Shown: piece after piece, positions 28,601-37,503 of the stretch
Layout of the letters: every line of letters starts with the position of its first letter
Position numbering within the stretch: position 1 is the first letter of the stretch
NCBI GenBank assembly: GCA_001275005.1
Contig: JWZX01003306.1
Location: 1 to 64,000 of the forward strand
DNA length: 64,000 nucleotides
Direction of reading: 5' to 3'
Origin: Chrysochromulina tobinii
Lineage: Eukaryota
Position numbers and translations under genes: made by a program
Notes under the pieces: model-generated
What the model was told of the DNA's origin: nothing
Seen by the model: only the letters and a program-made list of their open reading frames with translations
Database searches by the model: none

Positions 28601-30180
28601 CTCGGGCGCGGGAGCGACTCCTGTGCGCACACGGCGCAGATGCTCTCGTGCGTGCGCACCGACGGCGCGCCTCCCTCGTTTGTCATCCCCCCGCCAACGC
28701 CCACGCTCGGGGGACACGCGTGCGTGTCCGCGAGGAGCGGATGGCTCGATCCCCATCCGGCGAGAGCCTGAGGGAACTCCCTGAGCGGCACGCCCTGCGT
28801 GCGCAGCCGAAGCGCCTCGCGTGTGAAGCGCACGCGCTGCGCGCACGGCCCGCAGACCCGTCTCTTTGCGCAGCCGAAGAGGTACGGATGCAGCTCGAGG
28901 TCGCGCGCCGAAAACCGCACGATTGCCGCGCCACCGCCAAACTGAGCTGCGCCGAGCGTGAGACGCGTGTGTGCGCTCGAGTTGGGCGGGAGCCGCACCC
29001 CGCAGTCGGCGACCAGAGAGTGCAGCAGGCAGCCGCCCTGCGCCGCCTCCACAGCCGCCTTGTCCGCCTCCGCTCTGGCCGCTTCCTGCGCCGCTCGCTT
29101 CTGTGGACGGAGCGCCGAGTTTGCCGCGCGGCTCGCGGCGCGCTTGAGGGCGGGCGCGCAGTCATCGAGCGCATACCCTGCGCGGAAGCAGCCGCGCAGC
29201 GTGATGTGAATGCCGACAGCGCTGCCGCTGCTGCTCACGCCGCCGCTGCTGCCCACGCCGCCCGCTCCGCATGCGCCGTCGCCCGTTGCCTCGTCGAGGC
29301 TCGAATCGTCATCAGGTCCCGTGCTTGACGAAGTCGAGTTTGCTTGACGAACTGGCAGATCGGGGCTCTCCTGCCACTTGCCGATGGCCATGCTCCAAGT
29401 CATCTTGAGCCCGTTGGCACCCTTGGGCGCCGCACCGGGGGGGCAATTGTGCGTCCCCGCGCCGGCGGCGCCGCCTACGACTGCGACAGCGCACCGGCCG
29501 ACGAGGCCATCCGCGACATCCAACGTGCTCCTCTGCACGTCCTTGACGTCCACGTGATCGGGACGCGGGCTCGGACTCACCGAGGATGAGGAGATAGTCG
29601 ATTGGCTCGACAGCACATGCAGGAGCGGGGGCTGCGCCTTTGGTACCGGTGGTATCGGCCCTGTCGGCAGCATCGCCTCCGCCTCCGCCGATGACGCTGC
29701 GGAGCCTGTGGCAGACGGATCAGTGGGACGCCGGTTGGCGAGCACTGGGGCCGTGGGCAAACGACGCGCTGATTGTGTGATCCGCCATATCTCGTCCGGG
29801 GCGAGGCGCCACACCTCGTCCTCGCCCAGCTCCATCTCGTCTCCGTCTGTGTACCGGATCACCGGGCGAGGGCCGAGCGAGGCGAGGACGCGGCCTCTGT
29901 ACCACTTGTGGTTGCCGGCCGGCGAGCACCACTGCACCTCTACATGCTCGCCCACATTGGGCCTCGGTCCGCTGGCGGGCAGCGTCGTCGTCGTCGTCGT
30001 CGTCGTCGCGGAGGCCGCTGCGAAAGCAGGCGAGCCGCTCCCATTCGCGTTGCCGCTAGAAGATGCGGTGCCGTTGAGAATCAGCGTGGAAAGTGGACGG
30101 CCGTCGTCCTCATCGGACGACGAGTCGTCATCGAGCGTTAGCCCTATCTCAAACCGCGTGAGGCCAGGGAGGAGCAGCAT
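25630..30180 (-). CDS. Multidomain protein: Tudor/Agenet-like, PHD finger, second SH3/Tudor-like barrel and C-terminal Ser/Thr protein kinase
   Basis: VGEHVEVQW..KWYRGRV..IRYTDGDEMEL; CAVC..C..C..AYHRECL..FVCSFC; kinase motifs LGRGGQCEV, VALKRL, HRDVKLDNLLL, DFG, TAPEVL. Confidence 0.82.
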   Translation of the reverse strand: MLLLPGLTRFEIGLTLDDDSSSDEDDGRPLSTLILNGTASSSGNANGSGSPAFAAASATTTTTTTTLPASGPRPNVGEHVEVQWCSPAGNHKWYRGRVLASLGPRPVIRYTDGDEMELGEDEVWRLAPDEIWRITQSARRLPTAPVLANRRPTDPSATGSAASSAEAEAMLPTGPIPPVPKAQPPLLHVLSSQSTISSSSVSPSPRPDHVDVKDVQRSTLDVADGLVGRCAVAVVGGAAGAGTHNCPPGAAPKGANGLKMTWSMAIGKWQESPDLPVRQANSTSSSTGPDDDSSLDEATGDGACGAGGVGSSGGVSSSGSAVGIHITLRGCFRAGYALDDCAPALKRAASRAANSALRPQKRAAQEAARAEADKAAVEAAQGGCLLHSLVADCGVRLPPNSSAHTRLTLGAAQFGGGAAIVRFSARDLELHPYLFGCAKRRVCGPCAQRVRFTREALRLRTQGVPLREFPQALAGWGSSHPLLADTHACPPSVGVGGGMTNEGGAPSVRTHESICAVCAQESLPRPSTDGHAVCYEMADVRCTGHHGGKPCRLAYHRECLERIAVPPPPPGTPFVCSFCEHCDTALTDVERARMDGGYKSLIKMLAAPANAKQPRGPAMMVTPPQPLSTLGCKLRAGADAPAALTTPPPTMLSSSFTSATQFDDAELLGFGSLGASARMAEKWQEDEDGMQVALALSASFSSAFSPVPPTTAMGTEQVVPLVTSAALQTSAALYTPVELGMVPEPPSLKQTPQPSPVPSPLRTSHKALTQSAVAPKALMDIAPPASIRPTTPTKHGPTPTKLPFKKRPATLAVADDEDESRAKRPAPRPPPLPTARPKAACSAAAACSAACSAAARVLPPPVLPPPPAPPKYMSRPQGMSKKPWDSCAMELALPPPPIKPVASWRRGTVPAAPAPPADFKLNERVEFRSRGQSSKDGTVVSVEPLKVRPDGAGRAAVLMGHVRILSPEAAQTPKAPAMAAAVAAPPPAAAPQPVVADAIEPPPTAAATAMLYSASSNPAAMTSATTPMAADAGTSCATAAGATVPSAPPMPIVSIPILKVGSLLGRGGQCEVVTATVPFGALDAEGLSGVLSGRFGMPLWNGRDARAAAPLNVALKRLVKTSPPGTARRLEWEAAILARASRAGTPHVLPLLGWDAPRAHLFLPLCGAGSVTDALRSRSADADLLARCALLGLCRALEQLHGPLRVAHRDVKLDNLLLMRPAKAATGFGPDDVVLTDFGFSLAAGINDNTSAAADLPATLPFTAPEVLERRRERRNAYLAILDSALSNPLSRTQPAKQHSADGPARMAPTQAPTPAPTPAPTPAAHEEPAHEEAAHPFEAWAEASSWAELQEALARIRKELKQLQNAPIDALERARRACRRLVAGPQAETIVASLDAAEREVRSSEVTLLARIDWYSADVHACAVAAWMLFHSQLQADAFPRFSHVTDTATRECGIEHALISGERPALNAPLVGTSLGGAWARLVREVLGDAWNATGASRPSMGRFVEVVSAAVEM

Positions 30181-30305
30181 GTCGCGAGCGAGCGTCGGAG
30201 CCTCTCGCTTCACGCGAACTCGGACCGCTCAGCAGTGGACTGAAAAACACGCGCGGAAATCGGCACGGCTTCACTTTCAAAACCATCTCCCCCCACTCTC
30301 AACAT

Positions 30306-32553
30306 TCATTTGGGACGGGGTTCCGTCGGCACCTGAGCCTTCGAATCGACCAGCCCGACCTGATACTCAAGCATTTGCGGCCCCTTATCGTCCGAGGGCA
30401 GCACGATGCGGAAGAGCTGGTCGTTGCGCTGAAGAAAGTGGAACAGGCCCGAGAACTGCTGCTTGAGCTTCGCGAGCTGGCCGCGCGAAGCCAGGTGCCG
30501 GCCAACGTTGCGCGACGAGGCGACGCCGCCCTGCTCGAGCAGGAAGGCGCGCACGCTCTCCTGGAGCAAGGTCTCGGCCTCGTCCGCCTGCTTGAGGCTG
30601 CTCTCGCCACCACCGGCCGCTGCCGCGGGCGAGCGGTACGGCCTGGAGAGCGCCGGAGCGGCGGCGCCCGCGCCCGAGGGCGGTGGCGCCCTTGCTGCTG
30701 CCGAGGCCACAGCTGCCGCCGTGGCAAGCTGCTCAGTCCTCCCCAGCTCGCCTCGTCCTCCCCATTTGGAGGCTACCGGCGCGCTGGCAGGGGCTGCTGT
30801 GGCAGCGGCTGCCGCAGGGACTGCTGTGGCAGCGGCTGCGGCAGGGGCTGCTGTGACAGCGGCTGCGGCAGGGGCTGCTGTGGCCCCACTCGTGGAGTCA
30901 GCCAGGATGGCCGCCACGAGTCTCTCAATAAGGTCAGCCTTGCGCCCGAGCGTTGAGAGACCACGTCGGCGCAGCTCGTCGCGCAGCTTCGGCAACGTTG
31001 CACTGCTGGGTTGGAATGGTGCACCCATGCCCTCCTCCGTGAGGCCTGCGTCCATGTCGTCCTCGACATAGTCGCGTCTGCCGCTGCTGCCGCTGCTGCC
31101 GCTGCTGCCGCTGCCGCCGCTGCCGCCGCTGCCGCCGCTGCCGCCGCTGCTGCCGCTGCTGCCGCTGCTGCCGCTGCTGCCGCTGCTGCCGCTGCTGCCG
31201 CTGCTGCTGAGCGATGGCCGTTCTTGACCACTCCCGATCTTGGCATCAATGAGCAAGCCCTCCTGCTCGTCCGCAGGCGCATCGACCAAAGAGACAAAGA
31301 ACTCACCCTTCGGTTGCGGCCCACCCTCGCCGTCGGTGGCCGAGATCGCGCCGTCGCCGTCCTCGGTGAACTCACAGTGGAAGATGTCGGGGAAGGTGGC
31401 GAAGAAGGCGCGCAGCCCGAAGTGGCGCTGCTTGAGCTGCGAGAGCGTATCCTCATTGCCGATGCGCGATGCCTGCAGGAATCAGTGGCAATCAGTGGCA
31501 ATCAGTGGCTATCCACGGTCATCAGTGGCACTTGCCTGCAGGAAGTGCCCGTGGCCATCAGGGATCATCAGTGGCAATCAGTGGCTATCCATGGTCATCA
31601 GTGGCACTTGCCTGCAGGAAGCGCCCGATGTCGCGCGACGACACTGGGCTTTGGCCAGCGAGCGTGCGCTCGCGGATGAACTCTTTGACGAGACGGAGGA
31701 GCTCGGATGCGGTCGACTGCGGCGCACCGGGCGCGAGCGCATCCGCCTTGGGACGGATCAGGTAGTCCAGGTGGTCGTCCAGCCAGATCGGCTCGAAGTC
31801 GCGCACGTGCGCCTGCGGCCCGAGCAGATCGTGGCTGCAGCAGTTGCGCATCGAGCAGATGGCTACGCGCTTACCCTTGGTGCGGATGCGCGAGAGCGCG
31901 GGCATAAAGTCCTTGTCGCCGGACACGAGAACCGCCACATCGTACGCGCCGGGCAGCGACGCATAGTGCATCATCTCCACGGCGAGCGCGATGTCGATGC
32001 ACTTCTCCTGATGGCCGACAGTGGTCGACAGGTGCACGTCATAGTTGGCCTTCTCCATCCCCTTGAAGAGACGCTTGCGCGGCGATTGCACGTCCGTGTC
32101 CGCGCGCATCGAAGCGAACGCAACGGAACGCACCACCTCCACGAAGCGCTGCGTTTTGAAGCGCTCGAGCATCTCCTTGTGCAGGCGCTGCGCAATCAGC
32201 TGCGGCAGCCGGTCAAAGTCGATGCTGTGCGAGTACTCCCAGCCCTCGCCGTACTTGCGCGTCACGGGGCAGTTTGGCCTCCGGCCATGCAACGAGTAGT
32301 AGAGCCACGAACCGTCGATGAAGATCATCGTGCGCAACGGCCACGATGAGCTCTGATACTCGAAGACACTGTCCAGCGAGCCTGGTTCCTCCAGCTGCCG
32401 GACATGCTCCTCCGGCAAGTCTGGCGGTGGGAACGGCGAACGGAAGATACACTCTGGCCCCGAAGCTCGCCGCGACAGTAATAAAGCGCCGCAGCCGCCG
32501 AGCGATGTGTACGCGGACACGCCGCACACCAACAGGCACAGTCTCAGCCACAT
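30306..32553 (-). CDS. NYN (PIN-like) ribonuclease with two LOTUS/OST-HTH-like domains and a SAP domain; exons 32553-31612 and 31472-30306
   Basis: NYN motifs MIFIDGSWL, EKCIDIALAVEM, LVSGDKDFMPAL; SAP TLPKLRDELRRRGLSTLGRKADLIERL; repeated SSR(D/N)(I/V)GR.L...L..LKQ...GL..F.....F unit; splicing gives GRFLQ|ASRIGNEDTL in frame. Confidence 0.85.
31079..31209. repeat. 9-bp coding tandem repeat encoding an (SSG/SGG)n linker
   Basis: gccgctgct / gccgccgct units inside the NYN-SAP gene. Confidence 0.9.
31473..31611 (-). other. 139-nt GC-AG spliceosomal intron built of gccactgat-type repeats
   Basis: Minus strand ttcctgcag|GCAAGTgcc...gattcctgCAG|gcatcg; phase 0; removal restores the reading frame. 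Confidence 0.8.
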
Positions 32554-32589
32554 GTGGCCACTCCCCTCCAAAGCTCGGACGAGCTCGGT

Positions 32590-32724
32590 GCCGGTACATG
32601 TAAAAGGACACTCGGGCGAGTCTCGGGCGGGATAACGGGCACTCGGATCACATAGATGAACCTCACAACCTTCCCAACCCACCAAACCCACACGCACGAC
32701 CGCTCGACGACCGAAACCGCGGCC
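32590..32724. mobile_element. Short dispersed non-autonomous-element-like repeat, copy A (copy B at ~44525-44792)
   Basis: gcactcggatcacatagatgaacctcacaaccttcccaacccacc...cgacgaccgaaaccgcggcc aligns with 44601-44691. Confidence 0.6.
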
Positions 32725-32950
32725 GGTAGATCATGCGGTAGATGCCGCCACCTCTCCCCACTCCCTATAATCCCTACTCACCTAACTCTCTTGGAGTACA
32801 TTATCAGAGATTTCAAGTGCCTTCAAAACTGTGCACTCAGGCCGCTGCGGATCAGCCGAGCGGGCGATGTATGTCATGATACAACTCGTGAGACTCATGG
32901 CCCGTGGCCTCCGTGCCAAGCCACGGCCTTTACCTATGAAATACATCACT

Positions 32951-33490
32951 TCAGAGAGGATCTCGTAGATTTCGCCGCTGGAGATAATATCCCGTGCTAT
33001 CGTCTCCGCCCCATGATAGAAGGCTACCGATCTCGCTCTTGGCCGCACGCGACTCGACCTTCCGGCGCGAGGACATGCCTGCCAGCTGGCTCTGGCTTCC
33101 AGTGTAGTTGACCAGCTGCACAGGCTCGTCCTTCTCTCTGAGCTCTGCGAGGCTAATGACCTGAGGCTCATGGCCGCTCGCACGCGCCGACGGCGCTTCC
33201 GCTCGCGCTCGCTGCCCAGTACCTACGCGCATTCCCATCTCAGCCGGCCGGCTGCCTGCCGTTGTCACACGCTCACGTTGGCTGCCTGCAGTGGATGGCA
33301 CCGTCGTCGAGGGCATGTCCTCGAGCGTGTCGTTAACCTTGGCGAGCAAGCCGCTGAGCGTCTGCATCTTTTCGAGCAGGGCCTCTTCCTGCTCCTGCAC
33401 GGATGGGCCACCGCCGAGCCGCTTCAGGTTTTCCTCGGTAAGCGGGACTGGCATTGCGCCGTTGTCGTGGGGGGGAAGTTTGAAGTTCAT
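32951..33490 (-). CDS. Small hypothetical protein
   Basis: 179-aa ATG ORF with protein-like composition and a short coiled coil (QEQEEALLEKMQTLSGLLAKVND); divergent from the SET-HDEL gene. Confidence 0.55.
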   Translation of the reverse strand: MNFKLPPHDNGAMPVPLTEENLKRLGGGPSVQEQEEALLEKMQTLSGLLAKVNDTLEDMPSTTVPSTAGSQRERVTTAGSRPAEMGMRVGTGQRARAEAPSARASGHEPQVISLAELREKDEPVQLVNYTGSQSQLAGMSSRRKVESRAAKSEIGSLLSWGGDDSTGYYLQRRNLRDPL

Positions 33491-33569
33491 CTGGTGTCTT
33501 CGAAACGCTCGCCATGGCGCTCAGAAGCACCCTGCCTCCACGTTTTGTAGGGATTTCCTCCGCTTTTCC

Positions 33570-34940
33570 ATGGCCAGTGTTCTTGCAATCACAGTGTGGA
33601 TTTTCGGCATGCACTTGCTATTCGCAATGGTGTTTCTCGGAGCGCTCGAGGACGATCAAGATGGCGCGCGTCTCTTTGCGTGGATTCGCTCCGGCGGCAA
33701 CGGCACCGGGTTCATCGACGAGCGGCTGCAACTACGGCGCAGGGAAGGCGAAAGAATCCGCGGTATCTTCGCCAAAGAAGCCATGCCAAAGGATACGATG
33801 TTTGCGTGGGTGCCAGGGGACCGCATGCTTGAAGCTGCTAAAGGCGATGGCGATGCCCTTTGCCTGTTGATTGACCGTCTACACCACGACATCGAGCTCG
33901 GAAGCCAGTCGCCACTCGCACCCTACATCGCCATTATGGAAGCGCACGACACGAGCTCGCTCGCTGACATGTGGCTGGCTCGAGTGAGAGAACTGCTGGC
34001 GAGGATCCCGCCGTATGACTTTGGACGTCACCTCATGTGGTGGTTGGGGACATGCGCTGACCAGCAGGCTGACCAGCAGGCTGATCAGCAGGTTGATCAG
34101 CGCCGGGCTCGGGCCGCGCTGCTCGCCGTTGCGCGCGCCGTATCCATAACTGCGGAGCACCGCTCGCTGGTGCCTCTGTACGATATGCTCAACCATCGGA
34201 ACTGGCCTTGGTACAATACGAGGTGGGATTACGACGAGAGCGGGATGAAGATGTTCCTCACCCGCGCGGTCGAGAAGGGAGAAGAACTGTACAACTCCTA
34301 CGGGAGGTACGACGAAGACGCGCGGGGCTCGCCCGAAATCTTTCGAGATTACAGTTTCGTCGAGCAGTACCCTTCCGAGTGGTGGTTCTACGACGCCGCC
34401 TGCGCCGCCGCGACGCCGACGCCTCAGCTGAGCGAGGCCACGTGTCTGAAGCACCACTTCACCCTCGTGGACGGGTCGTCAGGCGCCCAATGGCCGATTG
34501 CTGTGGTGAACGGCCGCCACGCCTCTTCCCCGACCTCCTCATCGATCAAGAGCTTGTGGTTCTTGGTGCCGCCGGGCGTCATCGGCGGCGAGGAGGTGAC
34601 GGCGGAGGGACCGACGGGCTCGGCGGTCGTTACGCTCCCGGAGGGCAAAGTCGGAGGGGATAAGTATGAGATTCTCTTTGTCGACTCGGCCGAAGACCTG
34701 AGACAGTCGCGGGCCCTCGGCGCACAGGCTCTCGTGAAGGAGCTCGAGTCGGTCATGGCCCGAGTCATTGAGATGCGCGATGGAGAGGGGCACGCGGGGA
34801 CGAGCGACGCCGAGCGCCAGCAGCTCGATCTCCTGCTCCACTTTTGTGGCGCCTACCGTGACGCGCTACACGTTGCGCTCAGGTCGTTGGAGGCCCCTTC
34901 GGAGGGATTCGGAGGCGCTCGCACGCATGATGAGCTGTGA
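33570..34940 (+). CDS. SET-domain protein (Rubisco LSMT/SETD3/SETD6-like class) with N-terminal hydrophobic leader and C-terminal HDEL
   Basis: LFAWIRSGG, IRGIFAKEAM, LVPLYDMLNHRN, RAVEKGEELYNSYG, IFRDYSFVEQYP; leader MASVLAITVWIFGMHLLFAMVFLGA; ends RTHDEL-stop. Confidence 0.85.
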   Translation: MASVLAITVWIFGMHLLFAMVFLGALEDDQDGARLFAWIRSGGNGTGFIDERLQLRRREGERIRGIFAKEAMPKDTMFAWVPGDRMLEAAKGDGDALCLLIDRLHHDIELGSQSPLAPYIAIMEAHDTSSLADMWLARVRELLARIPPYDFGRHLMWWLGTCADQQADQQADQQVDQRRARAALLAVARAVSITAEHRSLVPLYDMLNHRNWPWYNTRWDYDESGMKMFLTRAVEKGEELYNSYGRYDEDARGSPEIFRDYSFVEQYPSEWWFYDAACAAATPTPQLSEATCLKHHFTLVDGSSGAQWPIAVVNGRHASSPTSSSIKSLWFLVPPGVIGGEEVTAEGPTGSAVVTLPEGKVGGDKYEILFVDSAEDLRQSRALGAQALVKELESVMARVIEMRDGEGHAGTSDAERQQLDLLLHFCGAYRDALHVALRSLEAPSEGFGGARTHDEL

Positions 34941-35186
34941 GAGAACGGTACCGTGGCATTATGGGGTTTTGTTGTCTCTCTAGTTTCCAAGGCGAGCGGA
35001 GTGGATCCCGCGTTTTCCCGCCCGGGTCGGCCGAAATGCGCGAGCTCGAGACTGCCTACGAGAAAGCAATTTCCGCGGTTTCTCCGACTCCGTTTGTTAC
35101 AACATTTTTTGCTACATTCTATGGAGAGACCGACCTCACTCTAGCGAAATTGAGTAGCCCGACCCCGAGCGAGCGAGAACTCAGTA

Positions 35187-35225
35187 CTTGTGTTGACCGA
35201 GGGAGCGGAACCGTCCTTTGAGACG
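35187..35225 (+). repeat. Dispersed 39-bp hairpin-containing element, copy 2
   Basis: Matches 1376-1415; hairpin accgtc-ctttga-gacggt. Confidence 0.75.
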
Positions 35226-35367
35226 GTGAATGACTGACTGGCTGATGTTTTTACGCGTGGCCGACTGACTGACTGGTACCGGTACCGCCAATGTATTGAC
35301 GAACCAAAGTTGTCCAAAGGAAGGAGGCCGCAAGGAGTCGCCCCTCCTCAGGGTCGCGGTGCCACGG

Positions 35368-37503
35368 ATGGGTGACGAACCGCCTAATACCTTTGGCGTG
35401 AAGCTCAAGAAGCGAGCCGATGGTGGAGAGCACAAAAAGCGTTCACCCAAAGGCAACGACGAGAAAGCTAAGGCAGAGGCCGAGGCTAAGGCCCGGGCTG
35501 ACTCAGAGGCGGCACCGGCGGCCGCAGCAGCAGCAGCAGAACAGGCTTCGGTTGAGGCGGCAGCGACAGATGCAGCAGCGGCAGAGGAGGCGGCAGCGGC
35601 CGATAAGGCGGCGGCGGTGACGACGGCGTCAGAGAAGACGAGGGCGGCGGAGGAGGCAGCTGTGGCGGATGCAGTGGCGGCGGCGGAGGCGTTCGCACCG
35701 AAGTTGGGACCGGAGGAGTTGGCGGAGGCCACGGCGTTGGCGGCGCAGGAGGCGGCATTCGCAGCGGAGGAGACGGCCGCGGCCGAGATGATCGCGCTGG
35801 CCAAGGCGGTGGCGGCAGAGAAGGCGGCGGCGGCAGAGAAGGCGGCAGCAGAGAAGGCGGCGGCAGAGAAGGCGATAGCCCTCTCTTCGAAGCGGCGGCT
35901 GGTCATCTCGTCGCTGGAGGTGCCCGCTTCGGCACTCTCTTCGAGGACGGCTCGAGCCGAGTCGGCCACAACGCGGGCTGCGAAGGAGAAGGCAGTCGGG
36001 GAGGCGAAGGCGAAGACTGAGTCCTCGAAGGTCATACAGAAGAAACGCGCGCTGATCGGCAAGCAGGTGCAGCTCATCGATGGCCCTCACCTGGGCAAGG
36101 TGGGCACCGTGCGCGACTACAAGGAGGCTGACAGCACATATGAGGTTGCGGTGGGCGCCGAGCGCGTGGTCGGCATCAGCGCGACGGGCCTGCGGCCGAT
36201 CACACCCGCGATCGCCGCGATGCTCGAGCCTCAGGCCAAGACCATTCGCGAGCACCTCATGGGATCACCTTCGAGGACGGACCTGCGCTCGGCGATGAAG
36301 GAAGCCGTGCTCTTCCACCGGGACGGCCGTTTTTTGCATTTTTTCGCGCCGCTGCCCGGGTGCGCCTCCAACGCCGAGGACGAGGCGCGAGGGCTCGTCC
36401 TCGCATTCGCCGCACTTGCTCAGCAGCGGTTGAGCGACGGCGACCAGAAGTGTGATTACGCGCTGCACATCGACCCGGCCTTCCTGGCCAAGGAGCCGTC
36501 GCCCCCGTGGTTCTGCCAGGTCAAGTCGATCTCGAGCAAGGGCATGGCCTTCGCACTCTTCGACAAGTCGGACGATGCGTACGGCCGAAAGACGGGCAAG
36601 CCGCGACGTGAGCTCGGAATCCTCTCGTACTCCTACCCCAAGGACGAGGTGGTGCAATTCCCACTGCCGCTGCAGCTCGTCATCCCGCTCGTGCACGAGG
36701 ACGGGAGCGCCGAGCAGTTCGTGCCCGACGCGCCCGAGCGATCGATGGCCGCCGCGTACCAATCCGGAAACCGATCGAAGCTCCTCACGCTCAACGGGAT
36801 GGCGAACTGCGTCGCGGGCGGCGAGGTGGAGCTGCACCTCGATGACGACGAGCAGGTCTTCGAGGCGAGCGTGTGCGAGCCCGGCCACTGGCGCATCCGG
36901 TACCGACACCCGCTCTCGCCCTGCCAGGCGTGCGCTGTCGCTCTCTCGATCCTTCACAACCCGATGACACAAGGCTTCGACACACTCGCCCCCAAGGCGT
37001 CGGAACTGCCGCCCGAGGCTCTCGCGATCCGCGCAGGGGTGCTCGCTGCGGAGGCGACCGCGGCGCTCGGGCGCGGAGGTTCCTTCAGGGACGCGCACGA
37101 CCGGTATTATAAGCCAACGGCCGACAAGCTCACTGGTGCTCAGGTCAGGGACTTGATAGATTCGTACCCCGGCTCCGCAGAGGATCTGGCCTCCGGCCTG
37201 GCCGATGTGCTCGCCAAGGTGGGCTTGGGCGAGCGCCTCGCAGGGGCCCTCAAGTGGGCCTCCGAACGCAACGTGAGCTCGCTCGACGCGCTGCTCGGCC
37301 TGCTGCTGCTGCAGGAGTCGCAATGGGAGTCGCTGCTCGCGGCCATCGGACCGACCAAATCGTACCATCGCATGCGCATCCAGACGCAGCTCAAGAAGGT
37401 GACTGATATCAAGGTCACCCAGTTCTCGTCGGACATCTACTGGGCCAAATTCGATACCGGGCCGAGCGAGATCGACACTTTCAACGACGACATCGAGGAG
37501 TGA
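35368..37503 (+). CDS. Ala/Glu-rich helix, KOW-like motif and Tubby-like C-terminal-domain protein
   Basis: KOW-like IGKQVQLIDGPHLGKVGTV; Tubby-like RRELGILSY..PLQLVIP..LLTLN and WRIRYRHPLSPCQACAVALS. Confidence 0.7.
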   Translation: MGDEPPNTFGVKLKKRADGGEHKKRSPKGNDEKAKAEAEAKARADSEAAPAAAAAAAEQASVEAAATDAAAAEEAAAADKAAAVTTASEKTRAAEEAAVADAVAAAEAFAPKLGPEELAEATALAAQEAAFAAEETAAAEMIALAKAVAAEKAAAAEKAAAEKAAAEKAIALSSKRRLVISSLEVPASALSSRTARAESATTRAAKEKAVGEAKAKTESSKVIQKKRALIGKQVQLIDGPHLGKVGTVRDYKEADSTYEVAVGAERVVGISATGLRPITPAIAAMLEPQAKTIREHLMGSPSRTDLRSAMKEAVLFHRDGRFLHFFAPLPGCASNAEDEARGLVLAFAALAQQRLSDGDQKCDYALHIDPAFLAKEPSPPWFCQVKSISSKGMAFALFDKSDDAYGRKTGKPRRELGILSYSYPKDEVVQFPLPLQLVIPLVHEDGSAEQFVPDAPERSMAAAYQSGNRSKLLTLNGMANCVAGGEVELHLDDDEQVFEASVCEPGHWRIRYRHPLSPCQACAVALSILHNPMTQGFDTLAPKASELPPEALAIRAGVLAAEATAALGRGGSFRDAHDRYYKPTADKLTGAQVRDLIDSYPGSAEDLASGLADVLAKVGLGERLAGALKWASERNVSSLDALLGLLLLQESQWESLLAAIGPTKSYHRMRIQTQLKKVTDIKVTQFSSDIYWAKFDTGPSEIDTFNDDIEE

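Noticed and set aside
31480..31610. Repeat-spacer-like pattern suggestive of a CRISPR array
   Set aside because: Units are ~10 bp, there are no unique spacers and no cas genes, and the block is exactly a spliceosomal intron.
30773..31679. Poly-alanine ORFs (30773-31501 and 31011-31679)
   Set aside because: They are alternative-frame readings of the (SSG)n coding repeat in the NYN-SAP gene.
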